Positions 55,281-64,000 of a stretch of 64,000 nt of DNA are shown piece by piece. The stretch is from an uncultured Candidatus Saccharibacteria bacterium (GTDB taxonomy: Bacteria; Patescibacteriota; Saccharimonadia; CAZBQI01). A program made the translations under genes and the position numbers. The notes below the pieces were generated by a model. It had not been told where the DNA came from and searched no databases. It saw nothing but the letters and a program-made list of their open reading frames with translations. The stretch is from the NCBI GenBank assembly GCA_964494105.1, contig CAZBQI010000004.1, positions 15,810-79,809 of the forward strand. Direction: 5' to 3'. Numbering within the stretch: the first letter of the stretch is position 1; each line of letters begins with the position of its first letter.

Positions 55281-57778
55281 TGAAGATCTCGGTTAATTGG
55301 ATAAAACAATTCACAGATATTAATGGTACGGTTGATGAGCTTGTTGAAAGAATTGGCAAACAGCTTGGTGAGGTTGAACGGGTAATAGATCTTGGTGAGC
55401 GCTATCAGGGAGTAGTGGTTGCCAAAGTTGTGACGTGCGAGAAACATCCGGATGCCGATAAGCTGAGTATATGTATGATTGACGATGGTGGTGCAACAAA
55501 GACAGTGGAGCGCAACCAGCAAGGTTTGGTGCAGGTTGTCTGCGGGGCGCCAAATGTTAAAGCAGGCCTACTGGTTGCTTGGATTCCGCCCGGAGCAATT
55601 GTACCAAGCAGCTATGATGAAGAGCAGTTTAAATTAGAGGTACGCCCACTGCGCGGTGTTAATAGTAACGGCATGCTAGCTAGTAGTAGTGAGTTAGCTA
55701 TAAGCGATGATCACGACGGTATATTGGAGATTGATAAACCGGCAAAACCCGGGGATTCATTTGCAAAACTGTACGAGCTAGACGACTACATTATAGAGAT
55801 AGAGAACAAAATGTTCACCCATAGACCGGATTGCTTTGGTATCTTGGGTGTTGCGCGTGAGATTGCCGGGATAGAAAACATTTCATTTACATCTCCTGAT
55901 TGGTACCAAGAGGCATTGCCAGTAAAGATATCCACTGAACATACTTTGAGTGTAAATGTTGTGAATGAAATTCCTGACTTGGTTAGGCGGTTTATGGTTG
56001 TCCCGATGAGTAACATTGCTATTAAGAATTCACCCATTATTATGCAGAGCTATCTGCGTCGGCTTGGTATGAAATCTGTAAATAATGTTGTAGATATTAC
56101 AAACTTTGTGATGCTACTAACTGGTCAGCCGCTTCATGCGTTTGATTATGACAAGGCAGCTGCTCTAGATGGCTCCGCATCAGCCACCTTAGTGGTTCGT
56201 CATCCTAAAAAAGCCGAAAAAATTAGTTTGTTGAACGGCAAAACCATAGAGCCGCATGAAGACGCCATTATGATAGCCACGAAAACACACTTGGTTGGTG
56301 TGGGTGGTGTTATGGGCGGAACCGACATAGAGATTGATACCAGCACTAAGAACATTATCCTCGAGGTAGCTAATTTTGATATGTATTCTGTGCGCAAGAG
56401 TAGTATGGTGCATGGCTTATTTACCGATGCGGTAACTCGCTTTAGCAAAGGACAATCACCATTGCAGAACGAACAGGTCTTAGCCTATTCAGCCAAGATG
56501 CTGGGTGAATTAGGCGGGGCACAAGTAGCCGGCGATATTATTGATAACCATAAAAATCTACCACTGCCTGCGACAGTACAGGTGAGAGTGGAATTTATAA
56601 ATAGCCGACTAGGACTTAAGCTAACTGAATTAGAAATCAAGAAGCTGCTTGAGAATGTTGAGTTTAAGGTTGCCGTTGATGACGACCTTCTAAAAATTGC
56701 CGTGCCATTTTGGCGAATGGATATTGAGATACCCGAAGATGTAGTCGAAGAGGTAGGGCGTCTATATGGCTATGACAAGTTAGCGCCGTGGCTTCCAATG
56801 CGCGATTTAACACCGGCGCCACGGGGTCAGCTACTCGAACTTAAGAGCAGAGTTCGTAGTATCTTAGCGCAGTCAGGGGCTAATGAATTGTTAACCCATA
56901 GTTTTGTGCATGGTGATTTGTTTGAGAAGACCGGTCAAAATAAAGATGAAGCCTATCAGTTAAACAATGCTCTTAGCCCGGATCTGCAATATTATCGATT
57001 AACTTTGACTCCCAGTCTTCTAAGCAAAGTGCACCTAAATATTAAGGCTAATTTTGATGAATTCGCGTTATTTGAAATTAGCAAAACTCACGATAAAACC
57101 CATCTTGAAAAGTCTGGAAAGTTGCCAGAGGAAATGCAAAAGGTGGCATTTGTTTATTCGAGTAATGGTAAAGAATTCAACGGCGCACCATACTACCAGG
57201 CAAAGGCAATACTAGATTTTTTGGGCAAGAAGCTAGGACTTGAATTAGAATATACTGCAGTTACTGATGAAACAACAAACAACTTAACTGCTCCGTTTAA
57301 CATTGATCGATCGGCCTACGTAACTGACAAAAAAAGCGGGACTTTTTTGGGTATTATTGGCGAGTACAGGGCTAGCGTCAGGAAGGCTTTAAAACTACCG
57401 CGCCAGATTGCTGGATTTGAGATCGGTACAGAAGGCTTGATGAGTGCAATAGATGGCTCCAGTAGGTATCGCGTATTATCACGCTTCCCAAGCACTCACC
57501 AGGACATTAGTTTTAAATTGGCGTCGTCGGTTACTTACAAAGAGTTAGCAGACGTTATTTTAGCAACTCTTAATACAGCCAGGGAGAGCAAGCAGTATGA
57601 CTTTAGGCTATCAGCGCTAGATATTTACAGAAACGAAAGCAACCAAAGCCATAAACATATAGCTTTCCATGTTGAGCTTTCGCATCCAGAAAGGACGCTG
57701 GTTACTGACGAGATGAATGAGTTGCTAGCGACGATTGCTCATAATGCTAGTCAAGTGCTCAAAGCAGAGCGCCTATAA
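55280..57778 (+). CDS. pheT: Phenylalanyl-tRNA synthetase beta subunit
   Basis: HPDADKL, VCGAPN, RPDC, GQPLHAFD and EEVGRLYGY. Confidence 0.96.
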   Translation: MKISVNWIKQFTDINGTVDELVERIGKQLGEVERVIDLGERYQGVVVAKVVTCEKHPDADKLSICMIDDGGATKTVERNQQGLVQVVCGAPNVKAGLLVAWIPPGAIVPSSYDEEQFKLEVRPLRGVNSNGMLASSSELAISDDHDGILEIDKPAKPGDSFAKLYELDDYIIEIENKMFTHRPDCFGILGVAREIAGIENISFTSPDWYQEALPVKISTEHTLSVNVVNEIPDLVRRFMVVPMSNIAIKNSPIIMQSYLRRLGMKSVNNVVDITNFVMLLTGQPLHAFDYDKAAALDGSASATLVVRHPKKAEKISLLNGKTIEPHEDAIMIATKTHLVGVGGVMGGTDIEIDTSTKNIILEVANFDMYSVRKSSMVHGLFTDAVTRFSKGQSPLQNEQVLAYSAKMLGELGGAQVAGDIIDNHKNLPLPATVQVRVEFINSRLGLKLTELEIKKLLENVEFKVAVDDDLLKIAVPFWRMDIEIPEDVVEEVGRLYGYDKLAPWLPMRDLTPAPRGQLLELKSRVRSILAQSGANELLTHSFVHGDLFEKTGQNKDEAYQLNNALSPDLQYYRLTLTPSLLSKVHLNIKANFDEFALFEISKTHDKTHLEKSGKLPEEMQKVAFVYSSNGKEFNGAPYYQAKAILDFLGKKLGLELEYTAVTDETTNNLTAPFNIDRSAYVTDKKSGTFLGIIGEYRASVRKALKLPRQIAGFEIGTEGLMSAIDGSSRYRVLSRFPSTHQDISFKLASSVTYKELADVILATLNTARESKQYDFRLSALDIYRNESNQSHKHIAFHVELSHPERTLVTDEMNELLATIAHNASQVLKAERL

Positions 57779-57831
57779 TCAGATATAAAACAGCGTACAA
57801 ACCGCAACCACTTTGGTATACTAAATAGCAG

Positions 57832-58281
57832 ATGGATCAACCAGAAGGCAGTCCCAATTTCATTCCTGTACCTGCTCCTGTGGAGAGTGCTGAACCCACG
57901 TCGGAACAATCAATTCCCAATCAGGCAGAGGCTGCTAGTGCCCCAGAGGTATCCGCCAATAAGCAAGTAGAGAAGTCCCCCGAGCGGGGAGCGAATATCA
58001 ATCAGAAACAGGCGGGCGTCGGTAGTGGAGTCAGTCTACCGGCGGTTCAGGCACCTGTAGTGCAGCCAACATCTCAACAAGCAGATGATGATAACGACGA
58101 CACCCCATTAATAGCTGACGATGTAGATGTTATTGAAATGGAATGGGTTAATAAAGCTAAGGAGATAATCAAGAACACCCGTAAGGACCCCCATGCTCAA
58201 GAACAAGCTGTTGAAAAACTCCAGATAGATTACTTGAAAAAGCGATATGGCAAAGACGTAAAAAGCTCGCGCGGAAGCTAA
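57832..58281 (+). CDS. Hypothetical protein (disordered N-terminus, DDVDVIEMEWVNKAK C-domain)
   Basis: ORF directly upstream of the VirD4-like gene. Confidence 0.7.
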   Translation: MDQPEGSPNFIPVPAPVESAEPTSEQSIPNQAEAASAPEVSANKQVEKSPERGANINQKQAGVGSGVSLPAVQAPVVQPTSQQADDDNDDTPLIADDVDVIEMEWVNKAKEIIKNTRKDPHAQEQAVEKLQIDYLKKRYGKDVKSSRGS

Positions 58282-58289
58282 ATCGTAAT

Positions 58290-61200
58290 ATGGGTGGCTT
58301 AATCACAATAATCATTTTCTTTCTTGTTTTAGCATCAGCTTTTTTGGTAGTGGGGTTTTTCGTCTGGCGCAATATACTGCGTTTTGCAAAAGGGGTAGAG
58401 CGAGGAATAAAAATGGTTCCACTCTTAATTCATCTGCCTCCACCAAGCGATGATGTTGAGGTTGGCACAAGAGATGTGCGTGATGTTATACAAGAGAAAA
58501 TATCACAAGCGGAGGTTTTGTATAATCTTATAGCGGGAACTGCGAAAAAAGGCTTTAAAAGCCGTTTCTATGGTCAGCGTCATATCTCGTTTGAAATTGT
58601 CGCAACGGGCGGGGTAATACGCTTCTATGTAGCAGTCCCGGTCGCCCTTGAGTCAGTAGTAAATCAGGCCGTGTTAACTGCATACCCGGGTGCCCAATTA
58701 GAACAGGTAGAAGATCATAATATCTTTAGTCCAACAGGCAAGATTAGTGGCACAATAGGTGGCGAGATTGTGCTTAAGCACGACTACTCGTATCCGATAG
58801 CGACATTTACAGAGCTAAAGCGGGATGCAATGCAAGCTATGATTACTGCGCTAACTTCGCTGGGTCAGGGTGATGGAGCTGCTATTCAAATACTGATTAG
58901 GCCGGCCTTTAGCGGATGGACAAAAGCCAGTGAATCTTTAGTCGAAAAAAAGAAGAAGCATAAAGGCAAAAAAGGCAGCGTTTTACAGTGGAAAGGATTA
59001 GCTGAGGCGTTATGGAAGCCACCGGAAGTAAATGAAAAATCCCATGAAGAAAAACCACTTGGCTCGCTTGAACAATCTGTAGTAGAGGCAATTGAGCAGA
59101 AGACTAAGCACCCTGGATATGAAACAATGATTCGAATAGTCGCGTCATCTTCTACGGCCGCACAGTCTCAGGCGATTCAGCGAAATATTGCGTCTGCCTT
59201 CTCGTTGTTTGACTCACCTGGCCTGAACGGATTTAAATTTGAAGAAGCCAAAGATATCGAAAGTTTTGTTACTGCGTTCATTTTTCGATTCTTCCCGCCT
59301 GAGGCACGATCGTCAATATTAAATAGTATTGAACTGGCGACATTATTACACTTACCGGATGACCAATTCACACATACATCACAATTGCAGAGGCAGTACT
59401 CCAAACAGGTAGATGGTCCGAGTAATCTCCCCGACAAAGGTAGCTTAATCGGATGGAATAGTTACAGGGGCGTAAAAAAAGAGATTCGTTTGACTGAGGA
59501 TGATCGGCGTCGTCACCTTTATATCCTGGGTCAGACTGGTACGGGTAAATCAACCGTTCTAACTAATCTAATCTATCAGGACATGCTCGAGGGTAAAGGC
59601 TTGGCATTTATTGATCCTCACGGGGATGAGGCCGAGAAGTTAATGAGTATGATTCCTAAAGAGCGCACTGAAGATGTTATCTATTTTAACCCAGGGGATA
59701 TGCAATTTCCCTTAGGTTTAAACATGTTCGAGTATGACTTACCAGAGCAAAAAGACTTCCTTATTCAGGAAGCAATCAATATGTTATATCGCCTATATGA
59801 CCCTCAACACCAAGGGATTATTGGTCCTCGGTATGAGCATTGGTTTAGAAACGCAGCACTTACCCTGATGAGCGATCCCGCCGGCGCAACGTTTATTGAG
59901 ATTCCAAAAATATTTACCGATAAGCAGTATCAGCGTGACAAGATGAAATTCGTAACTGATCCGACTGTCCTGGACTTCTGGAACAAAGAAATGGCCCAAA
60001 CGAGCGATTATCACAAGAGCGAAATTCTTGGTTGGTTTGTATCCAAATTCGGCGCCTTTATGTCGAATGAAATGATGCGAAATATCATTGGTCAAACGAA
60101 AAGCTCGCTTGATCTGAGAGATATCATGGATAGCGGAAAAATACTGATAGTTAACTTAAGCAAAGGTAGGGTTGGGGAGCTCAACTCGATGTTGCTCGGA
60201 ATGATCTTTGTCATGAAGTTTGGTGCGGCCGCAATGAGTAGAGCTAATGTACCGGAAGCGGAACGAAAAGACTTCACACTCTACGTAGACGAATTCCAAA
60301 ACTTCTCAACTGATACTTTTGCAGATATATTATCTGAGGCACGTAAGTACCGACTAAGCTTAGTGGTTGCGAATCAGTTTATTGGCCAGCTCAGTGAGGA
60401 AATTCGAGATGCGGTTTTTGGAAACGTCGGTACTATGATGATTTCGCGCTGTGGTGCCAGCGACGCAGATTTCTTGGTTAAGCAATTTTCTCCAACTTTC
60501 GATACCCGTGATCTAGTGAACTTACCGAACGGGGAGTGGGTAACTCGTCTGTTGATTGGTGGTCTGCCCAGTCAGCCATTCACACTAAGAGGCATTCCGC
60601 CCGTTCAGGTTTCGAACCCAAAGCTTGGTATCGCATTAAAGCAGTTGTCGGCAGCAAAATATGGCCGACCACAAGCACAAGTTCAGGCTGAAATATTTAA
60701 GCGACTTGAAACAAAGCCCGCTCCGTCACCTTTTGGTCAGCCACCAAATATTGGGGCACAAAATCGGACGATGCCCAACGCGATGGCCAGCAGGCCTCAA
60801 TTGCCAGCTAGGCCTCCCCAATTAACGACAGGATCCGGCGGCCTACCCACGGCCACACCCACTCAGAGCGGATCATCATTTCTTGATGAGTGGCTAGCGA
60901 AAAGGCGCCAGACTACCCCCGGAGCGCCACAACAAGGCGCATTAGGGGTGCCTAGAGTGCCTCAACCCATGCCGGGTAATTCACTTCCTGCTGCTCAGGC
61001 GGCGCCTTCTCCTTTCCAGGCACCACCGCTACCGGTGAAACCTATAAATCCCCAAATAGCACCTAATCCAGCAATAAAGGGCCAGTCAAGTGAACAAACC
61101 AATGTAAATGCTAAGGCTGTTGTTGAGGAGGTGGGCGCACATAAATTACTCGATCCCCACCAGGAAAGTCGCATTCGAACAAAGCCAACTAGCCTAAAGA

Positions 61201-61712
61201 CAGTCGATGGCAGTCAAAAAGTAGCCGGAAAGCCTTCTGCGTCAGTTTTGCCCAAGCAACAAAAAGGTATACATACGCCTCGTCCTGGCGAGAGCATACT
61301 CCCTGATAAGAGCATTGATTATGAAGAGAGCTCATCAGCCATTCCAAGTAAAAATGTAGATTTAGAACAAGCTCATCACGAACTACCTAAAATAATTAAA
61401 GAGTCGTCAAAGAGATTTGAATATCAAAATACTGCAGGCGATAACGGTGGTGATTCCCAGGCTACCGTCGAAGAGATCGTGCCTGGCAAATCGAGTACTA
61501 ACCTAAATCAAGAAATCAACCGAAAGGTAGTAGATTTAAAAAAGGAAAGTGCAAAGGCTGCCAAATTATCCGAAGCCAATAGTAGGAAGGAAAAGAAAAT
61601 AAGCTCGGCTTCCGAAGGTAAGTCGAATATCCCACATCTTATGCCAGGTGAAATCTATATTGACGAGGATGGCATTATTCACCAGGCAACAGAGCAGATA
61701 AGGAAGAGCTAG
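58290..61712 (+). CDS. VirD4/TraG/TraD-like coupling ATPase with N-terminal TM and long Pro-rich tail
   Basis: DRRRHLYILGQTGTGKS, IDPHG, YVDEFQNF and SEARKYRL. Confidence 0.88.
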   Translation: MGGLITIIIFFLVLASAFLVVGFFVWRNILRFAKGVERGIKMVPLLIHLPPPSDDVEVGTRDVRDVIQEKISQAEVLYNLIAGTAKKGFKSRFYGQRHISFEIVATGGVIRFYVAVPVALESVVNQAVLTAYPGAQLEQVEDHNIFSPTGKISGTIGGEIVLKHDYSYPIATFTELKRDAMQAMITALTSLGQGDGAAIQILIRPAFSGWTKASESLVEKKKKHKGKKGSVLQWKGLAEALWKPPEVNEKSHEEKPLGSLEQSVVEAIEQKTKHPGYETMIRIVASSSTAAQSQAIQRNIASAFSLFDSPGLNGFKFEEAKDIESFVTAFIFRFFPPEARSSILNSIELATLLHLPDDQFTHTSQLQRQYSKQVDGPSNLPDKGSLIGWNSYRGVKKEIRLTEDDRRRHLYILGQTGTGKSTVLTNLIYQDMLEGKGLAFIDPHGDEAEKLMSMIPKERTEDVIYFNPGDMQFPLGLNMFEYDLPEQKDFLIQEAINMLYRLYDPQHQGIIGPRYEHWFRNAALTLMSDPAGATFIEIPKIFTDKQYQRDKMKFVTDPTVLDFWNKEMAQTSDYHKSEILGWFVSKFGAFMSNEMMRNIIGQTKSSLDLRDIMDSGKILIVNLSKGRVGELNSMLLGMIFVMKFGAAAMSRANVPEAERKDFTLYVDEFQNFSTDTFADILSEARKYRLSLVVANQFIGQLSEEIRDAVFGNVGTMMISRCGASDADFLVKQFSPTFDTRDLVNLPNGEWVTRLLIGGLPSQPFTLRGIPPVQVSNPKLGIALKQLSAAKYGRPQAQVQAEIFKRLETKPAPSPFGQPPNIGAQNRTMPNAMASRPQLPARPPQLTTGSGGLPTATPTQSGSSFLDEWLAKRRQTTPGAPQQGALGVPRVPQPMPGNSLPAAQAAPSPFQAPPLPVKPINPQIAPNPAIKGQSSEQTNVNAKAVVEEVGAHKLLDPHQESRIRTKPTSLKTVDGSQKVAGKPSASVLPKQQKGIHTPRPGESILPDKSIDYEESSSAIPSKNVDLEQAHHELPKIIKESSKRFEYQNTAGDNGGDSQATVEEIVPGKSSTNLNQEINRKVVDLKKESAKAAKLSEANSRKEKKISSASEGKSNIPHLMPGEIYIDEDGIIHQATEQIRKS

Positions 61713-61716
61713 GGTT

Positions 61717-62286
61717 CTAGCGAGCAACTAACTTGCGGGCAATAAATCCGGCGAATTCCCACACCAAACCGATAACTGCACCGATAACTGCACATACTAG
61801 AAATTCACTGCCTGAAAGATCGAATCCGTAAAAGCGAGCAAAGCCATAGAAAATGGCACCACCGATTAGTGCGCCCAGGGCAGCACCAAGGGTGACAGAT
61901 GGCCGAAATAGCGTTTTAGCTGAAATGTCACTGACTTTTTCGATAACAGGCTGATGAATTACCTTACTAAATACTCGGTCAGTTGGCTTTAGCTTTGCCT
62001 GGGTGTGTTTCATGGTTTGCTTGAAAGCTAGTTTTTTTTGCCTACCTTTGGTCGCCGGACTAAAGGTGTGCTGTTCCTTCTCGGCGCTATTGTGGTGTTT
62101 ATTCTCTTGGTGTTGAGCATAACGTTCTACTTGCTCCCGTGCTTCTTTAAGCTGTTCAGGTTGCTTATTTGCCTCACGCTCACCTTCTTTCTCTAACGAC
62201 TTAATTCGATCGCGTCCTTCTGGAGATTGAGTTGTTTCTTTGGGTTTAAATGATTCGTTATGTTGTGCCGGCAGTTTTTCACTCAT
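61717..62286 (-). CDS. Hypothetical protein with two C-terminal TM segments
   Basis: AGGAG RBS before ATG 62286; FSKVIHQPVIEKVSD. Confidence 0.7.
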   Translation of the reverse strand: MSEKLPAQHNESFKPKETTQSPEGRDRIKSLEKEGEREANKQPEQLKEAREQVERYAQHQENKHHNSAEKEQHTFSPATKGRQKKLAFKQTMKHTQAKLKPTDRVFSKVIHQPVIEKVSDISAKTLFRPSVTLGAALGALIGGAIFYGFARFYGFDLSGSEFLVCAVIGAVIGLVWEFAGFIARKLVAR

Positions 62287-62287
62287 C

Positions 62288-63553
62288 TTAGGCTCCTCCT
62301 GTATATTCGCGCTTAATAATGCCAATTTCCTTAACTAACTGGCGGTTGCGCAAGAAAAAGTAAGATACTAATATTACGAAACCAGTTGTCAGTGCAATAT
62401 TCATACTAACCCCCGTATTTGGTAGTTCCGCTGAAGTTTCTTCGATAACCTTTGGAACGGGCTTATTTATGCAGACTTTTGTTCGTGATTCACCATAAGC
62501 ATTTTCTAAGCAGCCATCAAACGAGAACGGCATAGATGAGGATGCCGGGGTAGTTGGCATAGGGTTCTTTATGTTTACCTTAAAGGTTTTTGCGACAGTT
62601 TCGCCTTGCTTGACGCTTATTGCAGGCCAGGTAATTTCGTTGCCTGTTAACTTGCCCCCAGATAAGTCGCTGATATCGGCGTACTCTAAAATATCTGTGA
62701 CGTTCTCTTTCACTATGAAGTTGCGTATTACAACGTTACTTGGGTTCCTTACGAACAGTGTGTATTGAAGTGTTTCACCTGCTTGAACTGTTGAATTATT
62801 TGCCTCTAAATATAGGGGATCATCCTTGGCTTTACTTAGGTTAGCTACTTTCTTAGATAGAATGATACATTCCGGTCCACCCGAGCCTGTGCCGTCACAC
62901 ACCGGGGGCGGGGGCGTAGTCGTAGGTGGAGGAGTGGGCGGAGGAGTGGGCGGAGGCGGTGTATTTGTGCATGACTTATTGCCCCCAAGTCGGTAGTTGG
63001 CTAGAGCGTCTTGTGGCCATTGGTAGTTTGCATCGCCGTATATGGATTTAGCCCGTAGTTGACCAAGTAAATCAACTTGCCAATAGCAATCCGGCAGACC
63101 TACAGAAATCTTGTGCCTGCCAGGACCATACATCCCGCCGGCAGAGCCAAAAAACTTTTGTGCCGACAAGGGCTGTCCCGAGGCATTGGGCAGTTTCCAT
63201 ACGGCCAATGTGACGGGCTTACTGCAGTTAGGATGATTAGTAACAACTACTGTTGCCGACGCAGTGGTGCCGGTGGCATTGACCTTAATGCCGTTGTTTC
63301 CGGGTCCGTTAACGATTGAAATTTCACATCCAGGAGTAGATGCGCTTTCAGGATCAAGCTGATTTGACTGAGTTGCGTTCGTGCGTTCAGCCGGAACGAT
63401 AATTGAAAAGAACTGTAAACCCATTGCTAGGACTGCAAATACTACTACTAGTTTTCTGGTGGCATTTTCTCGACTTAGTCGTTTGCCATAAAAACTCAGT
63501 TGGTTTAGTAACTGAGGACTAAAAGGCAGATTAGATACTATCTTTCGAAACAT
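62288..63553 (-). CDS. DUF11-like surface protein with Pro/Thr linker and LPXTG-type anchor
   Basis: MFRKIVSNLPFSP N-terminus; TPPPP linker; GETLQYTL; ELPNTG followed by TM and basic tail. Confidence 0.78.
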   Translation of the reverse strand: MFRKIVSNLPFSPQLLNQLSFYGKRLSRENATRKLVVVFAVLAMGLQFFSIIVPAERTNATQSNQLDPESASTPGCEISIVNGPGNNGIKVNATGTTASATVVVTNHPNCSKPVTLAVWKLPNASGQPLSAQKFFGSAGGMYGPGRHKISVGLPDCYWQVDLLGQLRAKSIYGDANYQWPQDALANYRLGGNKSCTNTPPPPTPPPTPPPTTTPPPPVCDGTGSGGPECIILSKKVANLSKAKDDPLYLEANNSTVQAGETLQYTLFVRNPSNVVIRNFIVKENVTDILEYADISDLSGGKLTGNEITWPAISVKQGETVAKTFKVNIKNPMPTTPASSSMPFSFDGCLENAYGESRTKVCINKPVPKVIEETSAELPNTGVSMNIALTTGFVILVSYFFLRNRQLVKEIGIIKREYTGGA

Positions 63554-63675
63554 TTTTATTTGTACTTGTTTATGCTTTTTCATTTAAGCACAAACGCTAT
63601 GGTAAGACAATAGTTGCGTGTCTGTCGTCAAGCTTGGTATAATAAGTGTAGATTTGAGAGGTGAAAGAGAAACCT

Positions 63676-64000
63676 ATGGCAAAAAAAGATCAGTATAGCG
63701 CTGGTCAAATTCAAGTATTAGAGGGCCTCGAACCGGTACGCAAGCGGCCAGGTATGTATATTGGTGGCACGGGAATTGATGGTCTTCACCACTTAATCTG
63801 GGAAGTCGTAGACAACGGTATTGATGAGGCGCTCGCAGGTCACGCAACTGCCGTAACTGTGGTACTTCAGGCAGATGGCGGTGTGTCAGTTGAAGACAAT
63901 GGGCGAGGAATACCAGTTGATAAAGTTAGTAAAACCGGCAAAAGTGGTTTAGAGACCGTATTAACTGTTTTGCACGCGGGTGGTAAGTTTGGCGGAGCTG
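63676..64000 (+). CDS. gyrB: DNA gyrase subunit B (3' truncated by window)
   Basis: [35 protein letters not shown] and LHAGGKF. Confidence 0.93.
   Translation, partial: MAKKDQYSAGQIQVLEGLEPVRKRPGMYIGGTGIDGLHHLIWEVVDNGIDEALAGHATAVTVVLQADGGVSVEDNGRGIPVDKVSKTGKSGLETVLTVLHAGGKFGGA

Noticed and set aside
62900-62962. GGAGGAGTGGGC tandem repeat as a contingency locus
   Set aside because: It is in frame and simply encodes the Thr-Pro linker of the surface protein.
507-63319. Many short antisense or overlapping ORFs in the track
   Set aside because: They are shadows of well-supported genes and show no recognisable motifs.
1-64000. CRISPR array or cas genes
   Set aside because: No regularly spaced direct repeats with unique spacers were seen. 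The PD-(D/E)XK domain is part of a helicase fusion, not a Cas4 gene.
1-64000. Alternative genetic code (TGA = Gly, as in Gracilibacteria/SR1)
   Set aside because: Conserved genes are full length under code 11, and TGA ends genes at expected positions (otsA, pip, murT).

Overview
This is a bacterial chromosomal window read with the standard genetic code. It most likely comes from Patescibacteria/CPR and looks Saccharibacteria-like; this is inferred from a DUF11/LPXTG protein starting MFRKIVSNLPFSP, a VirD4-like ATPase, a membrane-anchored Clp ATPase and an N-terminally short ThrS. Most of it is housekeeping: thrS, argS, trpS, pheST, infC-rpmI-rplT, rplY, rpmB, smpB, miaA, nrdR, glmS, murT/gatD and the start of gyrB. 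It also carries biosynthetic genes unexpected for CPR (purD, carAB, otsAB). RNA genes are six tRNAs, RNase P RNA, tmRNA with a very long tag, and a probable 6S RNA. The most striking unexplained structure occurs twice. A small stand-alone GIY-YIG nuclease sits next to an intact tRNA-Pro gene and a near-identical 'decorated' tRNA-Pro 5' fragment with palindromic hairpins inserted into it. Related palindromes and a decorated tmRNA 3' duplicate occur elsewhere. Other leads are an unassigned ~200-nt structured RNA after trpS, a recurrent CTTATGCT promoter motif, pervasive leaderless-gene architecture, zero-spacer tandem tRNAs and a collagen/S74 surface fibre. All calls were made by eye; no database searches or folding computations were run.
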